NCBI GenBank assembly: GCA_029550965.1
Contig: JAKPGJ010000012.1
Location: 215-64,214, forward strand
Direction: 5' to 3'
Length of the DNA: 64,000 bases
Source: Bacillota bacterium
Lineage (GTDB): Bacteria > Bacillota > Clostridia > Oscillospirales > CAG-382
Every line of letters starts with the position of its first letter. Within the stretch, counting starts at the first letter, position 1. Below are positions 1 to 8,366 of the stretch, piece after piece. The position numbers and the translations under genes were made by a program. The notes under the pieces were generated by a model. It made no database searches. It was given only the letters and a program-made list of their open reading frames with translations, and was not told the DNA's origin.

Positions 1-1461
1 TGCAGTTCTTATTTCTGTCTCTCCCCGCACGGGGAGAGTGGATTGAAATATCTTGGCTCTATATCTACAAAAGCGAGAACGGAGTCTCTCCCCGCACGGG
101 GAGAGTGGATTGAAATGAGGACGAGTTTATCCGGGCTAAAGCAAATGGAGTCTCTCCCCGCACGGGGAGAGTGGATTGAAATACTTTCCTTTCATTAATT
201 GTTCGCGGGCGTAATAAGTCTCTCCCCGCACGGGGAGAGTGGATTGAAATACACAAGGTAGCCCATACCGCAAGGAAACTTGATGTCTCTCCCCGCACGG
301 GGAGAGTGGATTGAAATAAGTTCTGCTTCAGCTTTTGTTGGAGCCGTAAACGAGTCTCTCCCCGCACGGGGAGAGTGGATTGAAATAATAAAGTATTTGA
401 TTGCTTTGTTTAAGCCAGGCCGTCTCTCCCCGCACGGGGAGAGTGGATTGAAATGTCGCGCGGTTTAATTATGCGGCAGAACATGGCGGGTCTCTCCCCG
501 CACGGGGAGAGTGGATTGAAATGTGGAGGTTGCATTTGGCCATTGTCGCGCTCTTGTGTCTCTCCCCGCACGGGGAGAGTGGATTGAAATCAATATAGTG
601 TCTCGATGCCGCGTCATCCTCATGTCTCTCCCCGCACGGGGAGAGTGGATTGAAATCAATATAGTGTCTCGATGCCGCGTCATCCTCATGTCTCTCCCCG
701 CACGGGGAGAGTGGATTGAAATGGTGTTTGCCATGCCATATATATCACCTCACTATGTCTCTCCCCGCACGGGGAGAGTGGATTGAAATTCTCGGGGCAA
801 CCTGCGACCCAAGAGAAGCCGAAGTCTCTCCCCGCACGGGGAGAGTGGATTGAAATTGCTGTACCAGTCAGCAAATCGTTTACCAGCTTAGTCTCTCCCC
901 GCACGGGGAGAGTGGATTGAAATGTAGCCGCGGAACAGTCGCCTATGTTCGTAGCCGGTCTCTCCCCGCACGGGGAGAGTGGATTGAAATAACAGGATTG
1001 AAGGAAATACACAGTACTTGAAGGGTCTCTCCCCGCACGGGGAGAGTGGATTGAAATCTTCGGGCGAATGACCTGAGCCGGGTCCGGGAAGTCTCTCCCC
1101 GCACGGGGAGAGTGGATTGAAATATCACTAAGTCGAGAAAAGAAGTTGGCGGACCGCTTGTCTCTCCCCGCACGGGGAGAGTGGATTGAAATGTAGAGAA
1201 CCGCAACGGTTATGCGGTTGTCACAGCGTCTCTCCCCGCACGGGGAGAGTAGATTGAAATTTTGCTAAACGGCGCGAAACGCGTCTCCGGCCCGGTCTCT
1301 CCCCGCACGGGGAGAGTGGATTGAAATGGTGGCATAATCGGCTGTCCCGTATCCTTTGAGGTCTCTCCCCGCACGGGGAGAGTGGATTGAAATCGTCGGG
1401 GTAACGAACAGCGACCGCCCGCCGAAAGGTCTCTCCCCGCACGGGGAGAGTGGATTGAAAT
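1..1461 (+). CRISPR. CRISPR array with 22 copies of the 33-bp repeat GTCTCTCCCCGCACGGGGAGAGTGGATTGAAAT and 33-36 bp spacers. It is truncated by the left window edge. The repeat resembles subtype I-C repeats.
   Basis: Repeats start at 17, 84, 150, 218, 285, 354, 422, 490, 558, 624, 690, 757, 824, 891, 958, 1025, 1091, 1160, 1228, 1295, 1361 and 1429. The repeat has an internal palindrome CTCCCC-GCAC-GGGGAG and a 3' end TGGATTGAAAT like known I-C repeats. Bases 1-16 are a partial spacer, so the array continues upstream. Confidence 0.97.
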
Positions 1462-1555
1462 TTCCTTCCGGAGTCGTAGCCGCATAGAAGTTTACGACCG
1501 CTGGACAGCGTATGTGGAGAGGTATTTTAAAAAGTAAATCGAGGAACTAAAATAG

Positions 1556-1592
1556 GCGCTCTATGCTGATTTGTGAGAGCGCTTTTCTTTTT
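1556..1592 (+). terminator. Rho-independent terminator-like hairpin just 3' of the CRISPR array
   Basis: GCGCTCT (1556-1562) pairs with AGAGCGC (1576-1582) and is followed by TTTTCTTTTT. Confidence 0.55.
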
Positions 1593-1618
1593 ATTGGAAA
1601 TATATTTTAAAAAATGCA

Positions 1619-1646
1619 TTGACAATTTATTTATAAATGCTATAGT
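1619..1646 (+). promoter_or_regulatory. sigma-A type promoter upstream of the EamA transporter gene
   Basis: TTGACA (1619-1624), a 16-nt spacer, and TGc-TATAGT with the -10 hexamer at 1641-1646. Confidence 0.5.
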
Positions 1647-1745
1647 GTAGTTGCTTTATACTGTAAAAAACGCATAAAAAACTGCACGATAATGGGCAGA
1701 CTATATGTAATTGAGTCTATACTAAACAGTTTAAGGAGAAAATAA

Positions 1746-2612
1746 ATGCTGTGGCTTATCATGGCGGTGCTGTCCGCCTTCTTCGCAGGTCTGACGTCCA
1801 TACTTGCCAAATGCGGCATTAAAAATACCGATTCGGATTTGGCTACGGCAATCAGAACTGTTGTCATCCTGATTTTTTCATGGATCATGGTGTTTATAGT
1901 CGGTTCTGCCGCGACCATTCTGCAGATTGAGGCGAAATCCGTCATTTTTCTGCTTTTGTCCGGCATAGCCACCGGCGGCTCATGGATTTGCTATTTCAAG
2001 GCACTTTCCATGGCGGATGTCAACAAAGTGGTGCCGGTTGACAAATCCAGCACGGTGCTGACGGTGATTTTGGCGATAATCCTTTTTCATGAAACCAGCA
2101 ATATTGCCGCAAAGATCATCGGCGTGACGCTGATCGCCGTCGGCATATACCTGATGATTGAAAAACAGGATGTGCAGTCGCGCAAGGAAAAAGGATGGTT
2201 TATTTACGCGGTGTTTGCCGCCGTGTTTGCCGCTCTGACCGCCATTCTCGCGAAAGCCGGCATTTCCGGTGTGGAATCCAATCTTGGAACAGCAATCCGC
2301 ACATGGGTTGTGCTTGTCTTCGCGTGGCTGATTGTTTTCGGCAAGAGAAAGCAGAAACGAATCAAAACCGTTGACAAAAAAGAGCTGCTCTTTATCTGCC
2401 TTTCCGGACTAGCGACCGGCGCGTCGTGGGTCTGCTATTATTACGCGATTCAAAAAGGGCATGTCAGCGTCGTCGGGCCGATTGAGAAGCTGAACATTCT
2501 GTTTTCAATCGCGTTTTCGCGCATTGCGCTGAAAGAAAAACTAAAGAAAAGAGCTGTCGTCGGGCTGGCGCTCATGACCGCCGGCACGGTGACGATGGCG
2601 ATATGGCCGTAA
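1746..2612 (+). CDS. EamA/DMT-family transporter with two EamA repeats
   Basis: 288-aa polytopic protein with an internal duplication (GIATGGSWICYFKAL vs GLATGASWVCYYYAI). AAGGAG RBS lies 7 nt upstream of the ATG. Confidence 0.85.
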   Translation: MLWLIMAVLSAFFAGLTSILAKCGIKNTDSDLATAIRTVVILIFSWIMVFIVGSAATILQIEAKSVIFLLLSGIATGGSWICYFKALSMADVNKVVPVDKSSTVLTVILAIILFHETSNIAAKIIGVTLIAVGIYLMIEKQDVQSRKEKGWFIYAVFAAVFAALTAILAKAGISGVESNLGTAIRTWVVLVFAWLIVFGKRKQKRIKTVDKKELLFICLSGLATGASWVCYYYAIQKGHVSVVGPIEKLNILFSIAFSRIALKEKLKKRAVVGLALMTAGTVTMAIWP

Positions 2613-2696
2613 AAACGAGACTGTCCGACAAAACCGCGGCGACGGGCGCGCGGCCGCCGGCGTCAAGGTTTACTCAGGGTTCGAACGCGCGAACAT

Positions 2697-2739
2697 AAAT
2701 CCGGCAGGGCGAAAACACCCGAACCGGATTTTCTTTTTT
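2697..2739 (+). terminator. Rho-independent terminator after the EamA gene
   Basis: AAATCCGG (2697-2704) pairs with CCGGATTT (2724-2731), followed by TCTTTTTT. Confidence 0.6.
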
Positions 2740-2741
2740 GC

Positions 2742-2770
2742 TTGAATTTTTGTTCAATATTCTTTATAAT
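2742..2770 (+). promoter_or_regulatory. sigma-A type promoter for the HAD hydrolase gene
   Basis: TTGAAT (2742-2747), 17-nt spacer, TATAAT (2765-2770). Confidence 0.55.
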
Positions 2771-2803
2771 AAAAATAAAATTTGCCGGAATTGATGGAGC
2801 GTT

Positions 2804-3415
2804 ATGAAAAGATTCGGAAACGTTTTGAAAGCCGTTGTTTTAGACATGTACGGCGTAATCATCAAGCAGACGGGAGACGAATTTGTTCCGTACGTACAAA
2901 GAACCTTCCCGGATTTAACGCCGGAGGAAATCTACGCGCACTGGCTGAAAGCGGAAGTGGGCGAAATCCCCTCGATCGAGATTTGGAAGCGGATTGGGTA
3001 TCAGGGCGATTTGGAGAAAATCGAAAAAGAATTTCTGAAATCCGCGGAAATCAACGACGGTTTTTATGATTTTGCCGCCGCCGCCAGAAAGAAGTATAAA
3101 ATGGCGATTATCTCGAACGACGCGGGCAGCTGGAGCAGACACTTGCGCGAAAAGTTCGACATAAACCGGTATTTTGACGTCGTCAGCGTCAGCGGGGATT
3201 TAAAAATCAGAAAGCCGGACGAACGCATTTTTCAGATAACGTTGGAAAAGCTGGGCTGCAGGGCGGAAGACTGCGTCTTTGTAGACGACCGGGAGAGAAA
3301 TCTGAAAGCCGCGGGCGAACTCGGCATGCGTCCGATTCTGTTCAACAGCAGAAACGTACCGTACGAAGGCGTAATCGCCAACAGTTTTGCTGAACTCGCA
3401 GAATTGATTCTATAA
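2804..3415 (+). CDS. HAD-superfamily hydrolase (subfamily IA-like)
   Basis: Motif I-like VVLDMYGV, motif II ISNDAG, motif III KIRKPDERIF, motif IV VFVDDRERN. The second motif-I Asp is replaced by Tyr. Confidence 0.8.
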   Translation: MKRFGNVLKAVVLDMYGVIIKQTGDEFVPYVQRTFPDLTPEEIYAHWLKAEVGEIPSIEIWKRIGYQGDLEKIEKEFLKSAEINDGFYDFAAAARKKYKMAIISNDAGSWSRHLREKFDINRYFDVVSVSGDLKIRKPDERIFQITLEKLGCRAEDCVFVDDRERNLKAAGELGMRPILFNSRNVPYEGVIANSFAELAELIL

Positions 3416-3502
3416 CAGAATGACAGATGGCGTTTCCAGGATAAGGACGAGACGCACGAAAACGAAACAGGGGGATATATCTGAAAATTATAGGAGAACG
3501 AC

Positions 3503-3628
3503 ATGCAAAGACGCGCGGCGCTGATTTCGATATTCCTTCTTTACTTCGGCTTTTTGCAGCGCGGAAACCGTAACGGATATACGCATATTAAAAACAAGCT
3601 CCCGCAGACGCGGGGGTTTTTTATATAA
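3503..3628 (+). CDS. Hypothetical 41-aa ORF with a signal-peptide-like N-terminus (MQRRAALISIFLLYFGFLQRGNRNGYTHIKNKLPQTRGFFI)
   Basis: TAGGAGAA RBS lies 6-7 nt upstream of the ATG at 3503. The product has a basic N-end, a hydrophobic core and a polar tail. It is below the 60-aa cut-off of the ORF track, and its 3' end overlaps a terminator hairpin. Confidence 0.3.
   Translation: MQRRAALISIFLLYFGFLQRGNRNGYTHIKNKLPQTRGFFI
3599..3622 (+). terminator. Short Rho-independent terminator
   Basis: CTCCCGC-AGAC-GCGGGGG stem followed by TTTTTT (3617-3622). Confidence 0.55.
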
Positions 3629-3644
3629 AAAATCAGGGCGACGC

Positions 3645-3673
3645 TTTACAAAGAATTTTACCAATGGTATAAT
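3645..3673 (+). promoter_or_regulatory. sigma-A type promoter of the XRE-TPR/ABC operon
   Basis: TTTACA (3645-3650), 17-nt spacer, TGg-TATAAT (3668-3673). Confidence 0.55.
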
Positions 3674-3695
3674 TATTTTATTACCAATAGTAAAA

Positions 3696-3711
3696 ACAGT
3701 ATATGTACTGT
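3696..3711. promoter_or_regulatory. Inverted repeat ACAGTA-N4-TACTGT between promoter and start codon, a candidate operator
   Basis: ACAGTATATGTACTGT read directly from the sequence. It sits about 25-40 nt downstream of the -10 box and 43 nt before the XRE start codon. Confidence 0.35.
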
Positions 3712-3753
3712 CGAAAATCAGCGTGATACAATAAGCCGAAAGAAGGAAAATAA

Positions 3754-4842
3754 ATGCTGCGCGAAAAAATAAAAACCTTGCGGAAAGAAATGAATCTGAC
3801 GCAGGAACAGCTCGCGGAAATCATGGGCGTCACCGTCGGCGCCGTTTCAAAGTGGGAGTCGGGGCAGTCCAACCCGGACATCATGCTGCTGCCCAAGCTG
3901 GCAAAATTGTTCGGCGTTTCTTTGGACGTATTGTTCTCGATCGAACTAACCGACCGCTCGGCGGACGACCTCGCGGAGGAAATCAAAACCTACCGCTATG
4001 AAAAACAGTACGATAAGGGCGCGGAAGCCGCGCTCAACGCCATCCGCAGATACCCAAACCATTTCGATATTCTATACCAAAGCGCGCTGCTGCTTACGCT
4101 GCAGGGGGTGGAGAAACGGAAAAAGGACGCGTTGGAAAAAGCGCTGGAACTGTACCGCCGCTGCTGTCCGCTGGTCGGGCAGAGCCGGGATAAAAGCGTC
4201 AGCGAGCTGTCCATTCAGATATCCATCGGCGAGCTTTTGGCTTATTTGGGCAAAAACGAAGAAGCCTACGAGCATTTAAAAAAATACAACTACTGCGGCA
4301 TTAACAACGGCATTCTTGGCATATTTTTGGCGCAGGGGAAGAATCCGAAGGAAGCGGTTCCGTACTTGTCGGAAGGCCTGCTGGACTGCGTTACGAATCT
4401 TATGCGCTGCTGTATCGGATTTTCGATTGTTTACGCGGATATGAAGGATTACAGGACCGCCTGCGACGCGCTGAACATGGGGTATGACGTATCGGAGCAT
4501 CTGCGGAAAGACGGCCAGGTTTCGTACATTGATAAAATTCAGGTTATTCTTCTTGCCTGCATGGCGCAGAACTACGCGAACCTAAAACAGTTCGGCGAAG
4601 CCCGGAAATGCCTGCAGAAAGCGTACGCGCTGGCGCAGAAGTTTGACGCTGCGCCGGATTACAACGCGCAGAACGTCAAGTTCTACAAAGGCAAAAAGCT
4701 GATTCTCGGCGACGACGCCGGCGAGACGGCGATGGAGAGCATAGAAAAAATCGTCGCCGCCGATGAAAAAACCGCTCCTTTCCTTACGCAAATCTGGAAC
4801 AATATCATAAATCATACGGACAACAGGGAGAATCAACCATGA
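3754..4842 (+). CDS. XRE-family HTH regulator with a long TPR-like helical C-terminal domain (RRNPP-like architecture)
   Basis: N-terminus LRKEMNLTQEQLAEIMGVTVGAVSKWESGQSNPDIMLLPKLAKLFGVSLDVLF is a Cro/C1 HTH. The remaining ~300 aa are helical-repeat-like. The stop overlaps the ABC gene start (ATGA). Confidence 0.8.
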   Translation: MLREKIKTLRKEMNLTQEQLAEIMGVTVGAVSKWESGQSNPDIMLLPKLAKLFGVSLDVLFSIELTDRSADDLAEEIKTYRYEKQYDKGAEAALNAIRRYPNHFDILYQSALLLTLQGVEKRKKDALEKALELYRRCCPLVGQSRDKSVSELSIQISIGELLAYLGKNEEAYEHLKKYNYCGINNGILGIFLAQGKNPKEAVPYLSEGLLDCVTNLMRCCIGFSIVYADMKDYRTACDALNMGYDVSEHLRKDGQVSYIDKIQVILLACMAQNYANLKQFGEARKCLQKAYALAQKFDAAPDYNAQNVKFYKGKKLILGDDAGETAMESIEKIVAADEKTAPFLTQIWNNIINHTDNRENQP

Positions 4843-6595
4843 AGCGAAAGAAAAAAGCAGAATCAATCACTTCTCAAAATCCGGCGGCGGCGCAGTTGAG
4901 CAAAAAACTGCGAGCGCAGTTTATGCGCAACAACCGCCTGAACTTCGCCGGCGCGGTGGCGGCGACTTTGATGGCTGCGGTCATAAACCTTGTGCTGTCG
5001 TGGCTGCTTCAGCAGATCATCGACGCATCAACCGGAAAAAATCAAACCTTTGATTTGCTCCAGCTCCTGTTTATCAGCAGCGGGACCGCCATTCTGTTGG
5101 TCGCGATTTTGATGCTGAACGGGAAAACCAACCCTCGTTTTGTAGAAAAGGCGATGGCGCAGTATAAGAATATGGCGTTTTCTGAGATTTCCAAAAAAAG
5201 CATCAGCTCTTTCGCGACCGAAAACACCGCGACCTACCTCTCGGCGCTGTCCAACGACGCGAACAGCATCGAGAAAAACTACTTAATGACAATATTCCCG
5301 CTGATTCAGCAGGTTGTCACGTTCGTCGGCGCGTTTGCGGTTATGCTCTATTACAGCCCCCTGCTGACGTTTGCGGCGGTGCTTTTGTCGCTGTTCCCCG
5401 TCATAGGCTCGATTTTGACCGGAAACAGGCTTGCCGTAATGGAAAAAACGGTTTCTAAAAGAACGAAAGTTTTCTCGGTTCGGTCAAGGATATGCTGAAC
5501 GGGTTCTCTGTGATAAAGAGCTTTAAAGCGGAAAGAGAAATGATGAAGCTCTTCCGCGCGAGCAACGAAGAAACCGAGCTTTCCAAGCGGAGAAGAAAAC
5601 AGGTAGAGATTCTGATTAACATGATCGGCGTAGTAACCGGCGTTATCGCGCAGTTCGGCGTGTTTCTGTTCGGCGCGTATCTCGCGCTGCAGAACAAAGC
5701 GATCACCCCGGGCGTGGTCATTATCTTTGTGCAGCTGATGAACTTTGTCATCAGCCCCATCGGAGAGGTTCCGCAGATTCTGGCGAACCGCAAAGCGGCG
5801 CTGGCGCTCGTAGACAAGCTCGCGTTAGCCTTGTCGGAACAAGCGGAACAGACCGGCAATCCGATCGGGCAAACGCTGCGGGATGCGATCGAGCTAAAGC
5901 GCGTCACCTTCGGCTATGAGGAAAACCATCCGATACTCAAAGATGTCTCGATGCGGTTCGAGGCCGGAAAAAGCTACGCGCTGGTCGGCGGTTCGGGCAG
6001 CGGAAAATCCACGTTGCTCAACCTTTTGATGGGCAGTTATTTTACCTATCAGGGCGAGATCCGCTATGACGGTCAGGAGTTGAGAGAGATCAACCTCGAT
6101 TCCCTGTACGATCTGGTGTCGATCATACAGCAGAACGTGTTCGTGTTCGACAGCAGCATCAAGAACAACATCACCATGTTTAAGGAGTTTGACGAGGAAA
6201 GAATCAAACATGTTGCGGAACAGGCGGGTTTGACCGAGCTGATCGCGCAGAAAGGCATGGAGTACGGCTGCGGCGAAAACGGAAACGGCTTGTCCGGCGG
6301 CGAGCGGCAGCGCATTTCCATCGCGAGATGCCTTTTAAAAGGCAGTTCGGTCATGCTTGTGGACGAAGCGACCGCCGCGCTGGACGCAAAAACGGCCGTC
6401 GCCATTACGAACTCGATTCTGAATATTGAAAACCTGACCCGTATCATCGTAACGCATCGGCTGGAAGAGGAAATCTTGAAGAAATACGACAAGATTTTCG
6501 TTCTGCAGAACGGATGCCTGATCGAACAGGGCACGTTTGATGAACTGATGGAAGAAAAAGGGTATTTTTACTCCTTATATATGGTTTCTCAATAA
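4839..6595 (+). pseudogene. ABC exporter (fused permease and ATPase, MsbA/MdlB type) interrupted by a frameshift near 5457-5460
   Basis: ORF 4839-5498 encodes the N-terminal TM helices. ORF 5492-6595 continues the TMD and carries Walker A GGSGSGKST, signature LSGGERQ and Walker B VMLVDEAT. Adding one A to the A4 run at 5457-5460 restores a continuous reading ...TVSKKNESFLGSVKDMLNGFSVIKSF... Confidence 0.8.
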
Positions 6596-6676
6596 TTCCG
6601 AGAAATATCATCCTTCCAGTTTAGAAGAGTATATGAGTAAATCAAAAGCTGTGTAAGTGTGTTACAACTGCTACAT

Positions 6677-6724
6677 AAAACAACCCGCATTATACTGCTG
6701 CGTAAAATGCGGGTTGTTTTATAT
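6677..6724 (+). terminator. Rho-independent terminator of the XRE/ABC operon
   Basis: AAAACAACCCGCAT (6677-6690) pairs with ATGCGGGTTGTTTT (6707-6720). Confidence 0.75.
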
Positions 6725-6830
6725 TATCGGAAAAAGTCTATACAATATTGCTTTTAAAACGCATTTGTGTTATACTTATTTTGTGTTTTAGGTGCGTATA
6801 AAGAATTTTTTACAACAAGGAGTTAAAACG

Positions 6831-7610
6831 ATGGATGACGAGCAGTTGTTTTCGGAAATAATACGGTTTGAATGTAAGTTTCCGATATTGTTCAGCAAGT
6901 GTTACACAACCGAGTTTGCGTCCATGTATTATAATGAAGAAAATCCTGACCTATACGATGCGAACCATACGCGTTTTTTCGATTATTCAGAAATAGACGA
7001 AGCAAAATTGGCTACTATCACATCATTTTATAAAGAAAAAAACATCAGCCCGCGCATTTATCAGTTTGTTGCGCCAAAAACTCCGGCATATGCGCGTTTT
7101 GAAGCATTGCTAAGTAAATGCGGCTATACCCTTATTTTGTATAACGATAGTCAATATTACGTTTTGAAAGAAAAGAAAACAGGTGCTCACTCGTCATATA
7201 ACAGTCTGACATTCAAACGGCTACAGCATTTGGATGAAGGGATTCTTCGTTTATACAAGCAAAAGCATAAAGGCGATGACGAGGGATATAGAAAAAGAGC
7301 GCTTATAATGAAGTCCGGCTGTTGCGACTTTTTTGCGGGTTATAATGACAAAAATGAACCGGTTGTTATCGGCGCGGTCGAATATATAGATAATGTCTGC
7401 AGGTTGAATGATATATACACGGATTTGAATTTCCGCAACAGAGGGTATTGCCGCGCGCTTTTGCGATATCTTCTTGAAAACTATGATGCGACGCGGGGTA
7501 ATTTATTTTATCTGGATACGGACAATCCAATCGCCGCAAAGATTTATATGGAGAATGGTTTTGAACCTATAAAAAAGCAGGTTAATTTTTTAGTGGCTTA
7601 TCAGTTATAA
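6831..7610 (+). CDS. GNAT-family N-acetyltransferase (AT-rich gene)
   Basis: Motif A-like FRNRGYCRALLRYLL. ATG at 6831 is preceded by AAGGAG (6817-6822). The longest ORF starts at GTG 6792. Confidence 0.65.
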   Translation: MDDEQLFSEIIRFECKFPILFSKCYTTEFASMYYNEENPDLYDANHTRFFDYSEIDEAKLATITSFYKEKNISPRIYQFVAPKTPAYARFEALLSKCGYTLILYNDSQYYVLKEKKTGAHSSYNSLTFKRLQHLDEGILRLYKQKHKGDDEGYRKRALIMKSGCCDFFAGYNDKNEPVVIGAVEYIDNVCRLNDIYTDLNFRNRGYCRALLRYLLENYDATRGNLFYLDTDNPIAAKIYMENGFEPIKKQVNFLVAYQL

Positions 7611-7616
7611 ACAGAG

Positions 7617-8039
7617 GTGCAAAATTTGACTGAAGTAACCGCAGCAATCATAATTCGGGACGGCAAACTGCTTCTCTGCCAGCGGGCAAAGGGAAAGCGC
7701 TGCGAACTGTTGTGGGAGTTCCCGGGCGGAAAGGTAGAAGACGGCGAGACCCCCGAAGCCTGTCTTGCCCGCGAATGCCGCGAAGAGCTGGGAATCGCAA
7801 TCAAAACGGAGCATTTGGTAAATCAAGTCGTGTACGAATATGCGGACATTACCGTCCGTATTCATTTTTATATCTGCGCCCTCGCGGCCGGCGAGCCTGT
7901 TTGCAGGGAACACAACCGGATCGATTGGTTTTTGCTGGATGAGGCAAAAAAACTGCTGCTTTGCCCCGCCGACCGAAAGATGATCGACGGCTCGGAAGCG
8001 GAGATTCGAACGTACTTGCAAAGAAAAGCAAAAAACTAA
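7617..8039 (+). CDS. Nudix hydrolase, MutT/8-oxo-dGTP diphosphatase-like
   Basis: Nudix box GGKVEDGETPEACLARECREELGI. The start may instead be TTG at 7626, downstream of AGAGGTG. Confidence 0.85.
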   Translation: MQNLTEVTAAIIIRDGKLLLCQRAKGKRCELLWEFPGGKVEDGETPEACLARECREELGIAIKTEHLVNQVVYEYADITVRIHFYICALAAGEPVCREHNRIDWFLLDEAKKLLLCPADRKMIDGSEAEIRTYLQRKAKN

Positions 8040-8258
8040 TTCTATACGCAAAAAACGGCTTTTTAAGGCGTCGCCCTGGAAAGCTGTTTTGGTTTTATGC
8101 GCTATTATGCAAATACTTTGCCAAGGAAGCGTATAAAGCGCATGCGGCGTTTGCCGGCTATGCGGCGGCCGTTCGGTGAAAGCGCGGGAACGATGAAAGA
8201 ATTTCCATACAGCTTACGAGTGAGTTGCTGCGGAACATTCAATTTTCTTTTATTTTCC

Positions 8259-8287
8259 TTGACATTGAAACTTAAGAATTCTATAAT
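8259..8287 (+). promoter_or_regulatory. Consensus sigma-A promoter upstream of the lipoprotein gene
   Basis: TTGACA (8259-8264), 17-nt spacer, TATAAT (8282-8287). Confidence 0.65.
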
Positions 8288-8366
8288 AAAACTGGTTTGC
8301 GTAAGCGGACATCAAACGCCGAAGCACAGGTATTGTGTTTTAAAGAATCATTAATGGGGAAAAACT

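Noticed and set aside
65-1485. Eight ORFs of 62-110 aa listed across the first 1.5 kb
   Set aside because: They are translations of the CRISPR repeat in different frames. The peptide strings FQSTLPVRGET, SIHSPRAGRD and SLPARGEWIEI recur with the 66-69 bp period of the array. They are not genes.
2782-3069. 95-aa ORF overlapping the start of the HAD hydrolase gene in another frame
   Set aside because: It has no RBS. It is an Arg-rich out-of-frame reading, and the HAD frame carries all four HAD motifs.
6633-6656. 7-codon ORF (MSKSKAV) between the ABC exporter stop and the operon terminator, considered as a signalling peptide
   Set aside because: It is too short, has no export signal, and its RBS spacing is poor (3-4 nt). 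The 41-codon ORF at 3503 is the better candidate.
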